Shown here: piece after piece, positions 29,805 to 39,695 of the stretch
Position numbering within the stretch: position 1 is the stretch's first letter
How the letters are laid out: every line of letters starts with the position of its first letter
Assembly: GCA_051294375.1 (NCBI GenBank)
Contig: CM119263.1
Location: forward strand, 28,972,079-29,036,078
From: Paraspadella gotoi
Taxonomy: Eukaryota > Animalia > Chaetognatha
DNA length: 64,000 bases
Direction of reading: 5' to 3'
Notes under the pieces: model-generated
Seen by the model: only the letters and a program-made list of their open reading frames with translations
The model's database searches: none
What the model was told of the DNA's origin: nothing
Program-made: the position numbers and the translations under genes

Positions 29805-31489
29805 GAAACCAACCGGTGAACTTAAACTTTCTTGTTTCGTTTTTTACGACGAAAAAATCGAGAGAAAAACATCCGCTTCTCGGGGAAAAAAATAACAACA
29901 ACAACAACAAAACTTACCCGACAATAAAAGACGAGTTTGTATCCTGTTCGAGGTTACATATATCCAGTTTTCGAAGCAGGTCGGTGTTTCCAAGCCGAAC
30001 AGAGACAGAGAGAGAGAGAGAGAAGGTGGAGGCCAACTCTTTCGAACGCTGGGAGTGAGAGAGAGAGGGAGAGAGAGAGAGACGAAAAAGGTTGTAGGAC
30101 TCGAGAGCAACAAGAAAATACGACGTCGAGAGAGCGAGAGAGAGACGGAGAGGAAGCGAAGGAGGGAAAAACGAACCTGAGCTCGAGAGAGCGAGAGAAA
30201 GAAGAAGAAATCCACGCAACCCAAGACGAGACGTCCGAGGCCGGTCTGCCATTGGTCGGCGCGTTTCATTTCGGAGGACTCAACCTTGTAACGGAGAAGT
30301 TCGTTTTAACGAGTTTCTCGTTAAAGCGAGAGGAGACCTCGTTTCAATTCATCGCCTCTTAAACACGACGAGAGTTCTACGCTGATTGGTTCGTCGACGT
30401 AAACTGGGATGCATCTGTTAGCGTTGGCTGGATATAGTTGGTTTAAGAGCTACATATATCAGATTCGAAGAAAGAAAAAAAGAAAAAAAATTGTTTCGAT
30501 TCTAAAATCGGGAGCGATGACGGAACCGATGGAGAGACTTTAGAAAGACGCTCCCCCCTGTTACTAATCCTCTGTTGAAAAGGTTGAGTCGAGAGACAAG
30601 AGATGAGTTAGAGCTCGGATTGTCAATTACTTCATTGATTTAATCATTGTCCCGCTCCCAAGGATGATGAGATGTGATTTGATTATTTCGATTAATTAAT
30701 TATTTAATTACTTGATCTAATTACCAAGAGTAGCGAGAACATGTGTCAGGTTTGATTAATGATTACGTTCGACTTAAATGTTTCTCCGCTAATATTTGAA
30801 AAATGGAATAACTTGGGAATTTGCCAGATTTGTGTCAACATTTTTAAAAATACTTTGAAATTCTTTTAAGCTTTTAGACGCAAAATGACATATTGTTAGC
30901 CGCTAATCGTAACCAATTTAGTTTTAAAAATAGTAAAAAAATAATTGACCTACTTTGATCTTATGCAATCGTAGTTGCTATTTTGCTATTTTTTCTCGAA
31001 GCCGTCCATCATCCGAGCCTTGACTTTATGTTATTAATTGGGACAAAAACTGCAGGTGGCGAACCGATAAGACATAAGTGTCACAAAACAAAAGACTAGT
31101 GTTGAATTTTCAATAATTTACCAATTTTATAACTTTATTATTAAATGAATAAAAATTTTGTATCAAGGTTGTAGCAATTTCATAATTTATTGCAACTCAT
31201 TCCAGAATGAGGCAAACATAATAAATATGCTTATGACTCATAATAAATTAATACATCTGTCACTGGAAAGTGGATATCCAAAAGAAATAAGAACACCGTT
31301 ATAGTTCAATGTTATACGTTAAATGTTATATTTCAAATAAAATGGCAGTAATAAAATTTAATGACGAGAGTCCGACATCGAAACACATTTTCGACCATAC
31401 TTCTTTCGAGATATCACACAATTTCAACTGAAAGTACTACGGAAGAGTAAATGTGATAGCTTCATCACCAACAGCTGTGAATTCTCGAT

Positions 31490-32958
31490 TCACACTTCCT
31501 GTAATCTCCCTTCTCTATCACCACTCACGCCAGAGCGCCTCTCCACGTTGACGAGTCTGATCGAGCCCAACACCCTCGCCAACACCCCCGCTGCGTCTTC
31601 CAAGATGCCAAAGGCGGGACGTAGTGTCGACCTGAATAGGCAAAGTCAAAGGATGTATTCTTTAATCTAATTTGCATATTGTAGTATTTTGCGTTATCTC
31701 ACCTGAGCGCCGTCAGCGCGTTAAAAGTCAGCGACGCCGTCGGCGAGACGATCTTGTTGAAAAGTAGCGCCGCTAGGGGCGTGGCCACCGTGTCAACCGC
31801 GATCTCCACGACGCCAAAGACGACCGGTTGCGCCACATAACGCCATGCGCTCTGCACAATGGCGAGAAGAAGCACGGCCGGAAAGACGAGGACGACGCGC
31901 ACGACGCCAAACGCAGCGTGCGTAAGGTGGCGAATCCGGCGCTCGCCGCGCGCCGCGAACTCGTGGACGCCGCGAGCGCCGAAGTCCGTATCGGGCGCGG
32001 CGAGGAACGGAAGAGCGTGACGCGTCTCGAGATGGAAAGTCTGGACGACAGGATCGGAAAGCGGCGCCATCTCCGCGGGATTCTTGACGAGTGGCATTGG
32101 CGTCGACAAAGAGGACACCAACGACGCCGAGGAATTCCGGCGCGACTCCCTCTCTTTCGTTTTTTCTTCCTCTTCCTCTTCCTCTCCCCTCTTCTCCTCT
32201 TGAACTTCTAATTCCTCCCCATCTCCCCCTCCTCCTCCTCCTCCTCGACTTCCGCTCTTGAAGACCTTCTTGATCGACGCCTTCGCCGACGCCGCTCGAG
32301 ATTTCGCGGCGCGCCCCAATTGCGTCGAAAGGCGGCGCCGCCTTTTCTTGTCGACTGCGCCGGTTTTGGACTTGGCGACGCCGTCGTCTTCGTCGTCGTC
32401 TTCGTCGTTGTCGTCGCTCGTCTCCTCTTCGCTCACCTCGACGGTGAAGTTGCTGAAGAAATCCGACGGAGGCTTGGAGCCTCTGGGCGACGCACCCGTC
32501 GGCGTTTTGGAGCGGTCCGCTGGAGCGGAAGTGGAGCGGTCGGCTGGAGCGGAAGGTGAATTATTATTGAAATTGGTTTTCGCGGAAGCAGAGCGATTGT
32601 TGAAAGCGGAAGGGAAGCGATTTCCGGGAGCGGAAGAGGAGCGACTGGCGGAAGGGATCGGAGATTTAGCGCGACCGCTTCTCGGGGATTTAGCGCGATC
32701 GCTTCTCGGAGATTTAGCGCGATCGCTCCTCGGAGATTTAGCGCGATCGCTCCTCGGGGATTTGGCGCGATCGCTCTTTGTCCCAGGGGATTTGGCGCGA
32801 TGGTCGCCGGCGCCAGGGGATTTAGGACGATCTCGTCTGGAGGATGATTTCGGCGACTTCGCCGTTCGATCGTCGCCACGTCCGTCGCGTGGGCTGAACT
32901 GGATAAGAAAGGATAGATAGATAGATAGATAGATAGATTAGATAGATTAGATAGATAA

Positions 32959-33016
<58 letters not shown>

Positions 33017-33520
33017 TGATCGACCGATAGACAGAAAAAAGAAAGAAAGAAAGAATTAAAACTTTTTAATTACTTTTTTGTTGCTGTTTTGTTGATTGTT
33101 GTCGTTCCCTCTGATCGCCGCCAGGGTCGCCTCGGCCGCGTCCGAGTCGAGATTCCACGAACCGTCGCTGTCGCCCATCATTGATTCTATTTTATTTTAG
33201 GGTCAGTTTAAGTCGTGTCGGATTAGATAAGAAGGTCATTTCAATATAAAAGTCAGAAAATGTAATGATTATAATAAATATAAAAAAGTAAAATGCTCCA
33301 AACACTCAACCGTTCCGACGATTTTCCGCTTTCTCGATGTTCTTTTGTTTTCTCTCTAATTTTGCCGGATCCGGCGTCTTCGATTGATTCCGGAAATCGA
33401 AGGGCGGAACCTTCGGCGCCGGAATCTCGGCTTCTCTCTTCTTTCTCGTCGGCGTCGGTTCCGGTTCTGAGTCAGTCTCTCCTTCCTCCAAACTCTTGTA
33501 GCCTTTCTTGTCAGTTCTTA

Positions 33521-33563
<43 letters not shown>

Positions 33564-33987
33564 TAGTGATTAAATCGGGACTCGCACGCATTATACACAT
33601 TTGAAATAACGTTCTTAATTTTAATGGTAACAGATTTTTCCTTTTCAAAACTGTTTTTCAACATTATAATTTTTCCTAATATTTGAACATCTTGCATTCG
33701 CTTTAAAAAACTCTTAACAATATGCAAATTAATTTTTCGACGGTGCCTTCATTTTCTTTATTTTCTTCTATTAGGAATGAGGTTAGAACTAGAAACTGTA
33801 TATCCATAAACAGCAAACAACAACAACAACAACACCTGCGATTTGGGTCAGCGTTTTCTTTGTTCTTCGCTTTGAAGTCAGCGAATCCGTTAAGAGATGT
33901 TTTCGTCGTTGTTGTTGTTGTTGTCGTTTTCTTTGAACTTCGAGGTGACGGAATGACTTCACTCTCGTCGTCGTCCCAATCGCTCAT
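31490..33987 (-). CDS. Divergent caveolin-like membrane protein (~602 aa) with long disordered N-terminus, 5 exons
   Basis: Exons 33836-33987, 33311-33516, 33074-33186, 31703-32898, 31490-31631; all GT-AG with consistent phases. The C-terminal ~150 aa read FLAAPDTDFGARGV (cf. caveolin VIAEPEGTHSFDGI), then a long hydrophobic/amphipathic stretch, then VLGSIRLVNVE...LQEV*. The gene model is firmer than the family call. Confidence 0.65.
32912..33018. repeat. (GATA)n microsatellite inside intron 3 of the caveolin-like gene
   Basis: About 25 GATA units next to the acceptor. Confidence 0.9.
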
Positions 33988-34127
33988 TTTTAAACTCGAA
34001 TTTTAGCTAAATAGGTTTTAGTTAAAATCAAATAAAAACTATTTCTACTTTGTACTTTATATTAAAAATAATTTAACGAACAAAGGGGAACGTGCTAAAT
34101 TTTTTTTTCATACGCAATATTATTTCG

Positions 34128-34141
34128 GTTGCCATGACGAC
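34128..34141. promoter_or_regulatory. RFX X-box-like motif ~140 bp upstream of the caveolin-like ATG
   Basis: GTTGCCATGACGAC versus the palindromic X-box GTTGCCATGGCAAC: one perfect half-site and two mismatches, at a typical promoter-proximal distance. Confidence 0.5.
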
Positions 34142-34705
34142 GTATCTTGCGACTGAGACTGGCGAGAAAAAAACAAATGATCACAGAACTGACATTTTTT
34201 CGTATTTTGTTAATTTCCTTATTGCTGACTCGTTAGTTAACTGGTTATCTCATTGGTTTTCTGGTTGCTCTGATTATGAGTAATCATTTTTCAAAAAGAT
34301 CTTACTAAAGGAGTTAATTTAATATTGATATATCTTTTAAATCGATAAGCAATGATTCATTGAAACAAAGCAATAGCCCAACATGAAGTTTACATTAGTC
34401 TCCTTCGTCTTTTCATTAAACAGCATCTGTAAAAGACAATTCTAACCCAACAAAAAAATATCCCCTATTACGATTTATTATTGAAAAGGTTTATTTAAAT
34501 ATTATTTAATTCATGTAAACACTAAACAGGTTTGAAAAATTGGATAGTTAGGTATAGTTGTAGTTTGACTTTGCTTAATCAATGTGTATAATTTCTAAAT
34601 TTCTAAAAAACCTAAGATTTACAATGAATTAAGTACCGGGCAGAAAGCTATTTTTTTTCTATATTAATGTGTCTCAAAACTTTTAGATGCATCATAGCTG
34701 TTTTA

Positions 34706-37700
34706 TTAGCAAACCAAGGTGCTTCTAATTTGCGCCAGAACTTCGTCCTTCAACTTGTCGAAGTTGTTGACGAGGAACACGTGGGAATCTCTTCCCCCGG
34801 CCAGCTCCTTTAGATCCCTCTCCATAACTGGGTTGGGGTTCAAGCTGACCCCGATGCTGAAAATGTCCACGCCCATTTTAAGGAGATCATCCACGATTTC
34901 CTTAGGCTCCTTAGGGTAACGCTCTTTGTTGTATTCCCCGTCAGTGACCACGAAGACGAGCTTGATGACGTCCTTGTCCTTCATCCTTCCGTGCTCCTTG
35001 AAGATCTTCTCCGCCTGCAGCATCGCCAGCGGAGTGAAGGTCTGCAGGCCCATCTGGTCAAAGCCGCATCTGAATTTCTTGGCCAGGTATTCTCCGGCGG
35101 CCCAGCGGATATTGCTGACCTTCTCCTTTGTTCCCTTGTTGCCGAGTTTTGCGGACTCTTCGAAAGAAATCTCCGACCGGAATTCGTTGGTAAATTGAAC
35201 CACAGAGATCCGCGATTTGTCATTACCCATTTTGAGGGTGTCTCCAACGCTGTTGATGAATTCAAGCTCCTTCTGGAAATTCTTGGCGTTCTGAAATTTG
35301 CAGGACTTGGGGATCTCGCTGTAGCCCAACGACCAACTTCCGTCAAGAATGAAGACAATATCAAAGTGATGCTCCTTCTTGTCGCACTTTTGATCGCAAG
35401 TCTCGCCCTTAAACCCCTTGGCGCATGCGCACCTGTGGGTGTAAGACTTTTTGTCGGCGGCCATCTTGGATTCGCATTTCCCTTTATTGTGGCAAGGATT
35501 GACTTTGCAAGGATCGACCGGCGTCTCGCAGTTCCTGCCAGCAAAACCTTTTTTGCAACCGCATTTGTATTCTTTCAACTTTTCTCGCTTGCAGGTTCCG
35601 CCATTGACGCATGGATTGCGGACAACGCAAGGATGTTTGTCTAGTTCACAATGTGTCCCCTCAAAAGGTGGGGAACATTTGCATGAAAAGGAATTGCCTT
35701 TCACTGAGCAAACGCCATTGTGCTTGCATGGCTTTGACGAGCAAGGGGTTACTTCGCAGGTTTTGCCGCTGAAACCTTTGATGCAATCGCAAGTGTATGC
35801 CATGCCTTTAGTTTTTTTACACAGTCCCATGTGTTGACATGGCTTCTTCGTGGTGCAAGGATGAATGTCATTTTCGCAATTTTTACCAGCATAACCTTCT
35901 TTGCACTGACATTTGTAATCTTTGGCTCCCACATTTGCGCAATTTGCATCATTTTTACAAGGCTTCAACTTTGAACAAGGTCTCACGTCCTTCTCACAGT
36001 CCTTTCCATCAAATCCATCTGGGCATTTACAATTGTAATCGGTTCCTCCAACATGACTACATGTTCCTTTGTTTTTGCATGGCTTCTTCACTGTGCAAGG
36101 CCTTATATCTTTTTCACAGTCTTTGCCAGAAAACCCTGGTTTGCAAGTGCAAGAATATCCGGCGCCTTCATGATTGCATTTCGCGCCATTCTTGCAGGGA
36201 TTTTTCACGGTGCATGGTCTCTCATCTTTGTCGCAATTTTTACCCGTAAACCCTTTTTTACACTCGCACGAATAATCATTACCGTCATTTGAACATTTTG
36301 TAGCTTGTTTGCAAGGCTTTTTGGTGCATGGTCGAGCATCTGTCTCACAATTCTTACCCTTGAATCCTGTCTGGCATTTACATTTGTAGCTCGCGCCATC
36401 ATGTTGGCATGTTGCTTTATTCTTACAGGGGCTTTTCACCGTACATGGCCTCACATCCTTTTCACAATTTTTTCCGGTAAATCCAGGTTTACACTTACAT
36501 TTATATCCCGCCCCCACATGCTGACAAGTTGCGCCATTCTTGCATGGGTCCTTAACTGTGCAAGGTCTGTTGTCTTTCTCACAACGCTTGCCAACAAAAC
36601 CTGCTTTGCATTTGCATTTGAAGTCTGCACCAGCGTGCTGGCAGACAGCGTCATTACGGCATGGTTGGCTTACAGTGCAAGGTCTTTTGTCAGTTTGGCA
36701 ATTCTTGCCTTCGAATCCTGCTGGACACTCGCATTTATAATCTTCGCCGGCATTCACGCACTTTGCTCTATTTTTACATGGTTTTTTTACGGTACAACCT
36801 TGAACATCCCTTTCACATTTTTTGCCTTTGAAACCTGGCCGACATCCGCATTCAAAGTCAAGCCCTTTGTTATGACATGTTCCCTTATTCAGACACAATC
36901 CTTTTTTCAAAGTGCAAGGTCGTTTGTCAAATTCACAATTTTTACCAGAATAACCAGGTAAGCACTCACATTTATAATCAGCCTCTTCGTGAATGCAATT
37001 TCCATCATTCTTGCATGGATTCCCAATAGTGCAAGGTCTCACATCTTTATCGCAATTTTTTCCACTAAAACCAGGAAGGCACTTACAGAAATAATCCTTA
37101 TTCTCTTTTACATTACCACATTCTTTTGCGTGCTTGCAAGGATTTTTAGTGCACGGCCTGTGATCTTGCTCGCAGTTTTTTCCGCCAAACCCAGAAGGAC
37201 AATTGCATTTATAATCATTTCCTTTGTTCTCACACTCTGCTTTATTCTTACAAGGCTTTTTAATCGTGCAAGGCCTCTTGTCAATGTTACATGTTTTGCC
37301 TTCAAAGCCAACCAAACATTTACACGTAAAGTCTCCTCCATTATGCTGACAGTTCCCATCATTGAGACAAGGATTTCCGACTGTGCAGGGCCTCTTGTCC
37401 TGTTCACAGCTTTTTCCAAAAAATCCTGGAGGACACGCGCATGTGTAATCAATGCCAGCGTTTGTGCATTTCCCTTTGTTCTTGCAAGGTTTTCCAACAG
37501 TGCATGGTCGAGCATCAGTTTCACAATTCACTCCATTAAATCCAGGTGGACATTCACATGCATAATTGTTGCCTGCTAACCTCTTGCAGTTTGCATCATT
37601 TTTGCAAGGATTCTTTGTACAGGGATGAATATCTTCATCGCAAGTTTTTCCAGCATAGGTTACTGGACACTTGCAGTGAAAGTCATCTCCTTCGTTGGTG

Positions 37701-38254
37701 CACTTTCCATTATTTTTGCAGGGGTTTCGTGAGCACGGCCTTTTGTCTGTCTCGCATCTATCCCCTTCAAATCCTTTAGGGCAATCGCAAAAAAACATGG
37801 AACCCTCCGGATAACAGTCTCCGCCATTAAGACATGGATTAGGTTTGCACAGTGGTTCTATTTCGCACCTTTCGCCTGTACATCCTTCTACGCAGTCGCA
37901 GAAAAACTTGTTTCCCTCTGGATAACATTTGGCGTGATGTTGGCAGGGTTGTGGATTACATGGACTACCCTTTTGGCATTCATTCCCCGAGAATCCAGGT
38001 TTACAGTCGCAGTAATACATGTCGCCTTCCTCGTAACATGTCCCGTCATTGTGACATGGATTCGGGTCACATGGTTTATCATCAATCTCGCACGTTTTGC
38101 CTTTGAATCCCGGCTTGCAATCGCAAAAGAACATCGCGCCCTCTGGATAGCAGGCGGCGCCATTCTTGCAAGGTTTGTTGGCGCAAGGATTGCCACCGAC
38201 CGAGGGTCGCGCGAGGCAAAGGAGAAAAATTCCGAGAAAAAATCGGCAAAACAT
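34706..38254 (-). CDS. Secreted 1182-aa protein: signal peptide, 24 tandem EGF-like repeats, C-terminal von Willebrand factor A domain; single coding exon
   Basis: Uninterrupted ORF starting MFCRFFLGIFLLCLARPSVG. I counted 24 six-cysteine EGF units. The vWA domain has DIVFILDGSWS (DxSxS), TFT and VVTDG, i.e. a complete MIDAS. No transmembrane helix. Confidence 0.95.
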   Translation of the reverse strand: MFCRFFLGIFLLCLARPSVGGNPCANKPCKNGAACYPEGAMFFCDCKPGFKGKTCEIDDKPCDPNPCHNDGTCYEEGDMYYCDCKPGFSGNECQKGSPCNPQPCQHHAKCYPEGNKFFCDCVEGCTGERCEIEPLCKPNPCLNGGDCYPEGSMFFCDCPKGFEGDRCETDKRPCSRNPCKNNGKCTNEGDDFHCKCPVTYAGKTCDEDIHPCTKNPCKNDANCKRLAGNNYACECPPGFNGVNCETDARPCTVGKPCKNKGKCTNAGIDYTCACPPGFFGKSCEQDKRPCTVGNPCLNDGNCQHNGGDFTCKCLVGFEGKTCNIDKRPCTIKKPCKNKAECENKGNDYKCNCPSGFGGKNCEQDHRPCTKNPCKHAKECGNVKENKDYFCKCLPGFSGKNCDKDVRPCTIGNPCKNDGNCIHEEADYKCECLPGYSGKNCEFDKRPCTLKKGLCLNKGTCHNKGLDFECGCRPGFKGKKCERDVQGCTVKKPCKNRAKCVNAGEDYKCECPAGFEGKNCQTDKRPCTVSQPCRNDAVCQHAGADFKCKCKAGFVGKRCEKDNRPCTVKDPCKNGATCQHVGAGYKCKCKPGFTGKNCEKDVRPCTVKSPCKNKATCQHDGASYKCKCQTGFKGKNCETDARPCTKKPCKQATKCSNDGNDYSCECKKGFTGKNCDKDERPCTVKNPCKNGAKCNHEGAGYSCTCKPGFSGKDCEKDIRPCTVKKPCKNKGTCSHVGGTDYNCKCPDGFDGKDCEKDVRPCSKLKPCKNDANCANVGAKDYKCQCKEGYAGKNCENDIHPCTTKKPCQHMGLCKKTKGMAYTCDCIKGFSGKTCEVTPCSSKPCKHNGVCSVKGNSFSCKCSPPFEGTHCELDKHPCVVRNPCVNGGTCKREKLKEYKCGCKKGFAGRNCETPVDPCKVNPCHNKGKCESKMAADKKSYTHRCACAKGFKGETCDQKCDKKEHHFDIVFILDGSWSLGYSEIPKSCKFQNAKNFQKELEFINSVGDTLKMGNDKSRISVVQFTNEFRSEISFEESAKLGNKGTKEKVSNIRWAAGEYLAKKFRCGFDQMGLQTFTPLAMLQAEKIFKEHGRMKDKDVIKLVFVVTDGEYNKERYPKEPKEIVDDLLKMGVDIFSIGVSLNPNPVMERDLKELAGGRDSHVFLVNNFDKLKDEVLAQIRSTLVC

Positions 38255-39695
38255 TTTCGCGGATTTTTTGAGATTTTGAAATGAAGGGATCGACCGGGAT
38301 CAGTGCCTTCGTTGGAAGGGAAAGTCAAGACGGGGAAGGTTAAATACGATCGACGTGAGTACAGGGGAGCCACTTGAATCGGTCTCTGCTTCGTGTACTG
38401 AAAGGTACGATATGTATTTACGTTAGGGTCATTTTGAACTTGAAATACTCATAACTATATAAGTTTCCTGGATTTTTTTGTAGCAGAATTCAAAATTATT
38501 AGTACGAACTATTTTTGGTCATAGAAAACTATACTTTTATCTTCCTCGAATTAAAAATTTATTTGACACTTGCTTTCGAATGTTTGTTAAGTTTACTGTA
38601 ACCTAAAAAATCTAAATGTAAAGAAAACAAAAGCAAACACGGTGACAAGCAGTTGACAGAAGATTTTAAGAGTTAGTCAAGATTGATAGATAACAAACAA
38701 TCATTTTTCGTCAATTTTTTTTAGTTTTCGATTTAAAAGTCAAAATGTTGTCTTTGATGCTTGCCTTTGCTCTTCACTAAAAAAAAATCGTTTTTGTAAA
38801 AAGAAAGATTTTAATTCACATTTTACAACATACAAACCACAAAGCGGCAGTGAAAATTAATGGAATGAGGGGGGAGCGCAATTAAATTCTAAATTTAAAT
38901 AAACAAGAATACAAACTTTTCCAATTGAACAAGCGATCAATGAGATCTATCGGTGACATCACAAAGTGCAGAAAGATAAATTCGTCACAGAGGTTTTAGG
39001 TTCTGGGATAAAAGTAAGGACGGGAAATCCGAGCCCTCAGTAAATTAAGATAGCATTTCTCCTCCTGGCTCGGTTTATGTCATCAAATTTAATAAAATAA
39101 AATAAATAATAATCATTATTTTCCGACGTTCAAAAAGAGTCGGATGAACTTGGACAGGGACGAATACATTTGTAACGATTTAGCCACATAAAATATTTAA
39201 ACAACATCTGGGGTTTTTGTTCGGTGGTGCAGGTTCGCATGCAGTAAAGACGGCGAATCACGCCGACAGTACAGACATTCACATGTTGTGAAAATATTAC
39301 AGCTTTACTCATTTTCACAGTTAATAACCACGTTTGATGTGCGCCTCCAAAATCCAAACGTCAGGCGCGTTATGAAAATAACTGGTTTGTTGTGAAACTC
39401 TAAATTCATACCATGATAAAATTTTTTTCACTATAACGTTTTACATAATTTAAACATGGTTCTACTAATTGGCAGTATAGATTTTTTTATGATTTTATCC
39501 CTTTATGAATCTTTTCTTTATACCATGAAGGAAACATTCCAGTTATCTTCGTCAAGGGCAATCTACACATTGCCAGTCGTCAGCTTGAAGATTCTTCATT
39601 CAAAAATGATACTGTGCTCCTCATTCAGCCCTTAGAGGCCGCCCCAAAAAATCCAAACGTTACCCGTGAACCCTCACGAGAAACTTACGCGAAAC

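Noticed and set aside
39130-39640. Possible transposase remnant between sGC and the EGF-vWA gene
   Set aside because: Only a few suggestive residues (IALDE) interrupted by stops; not enough evidence.
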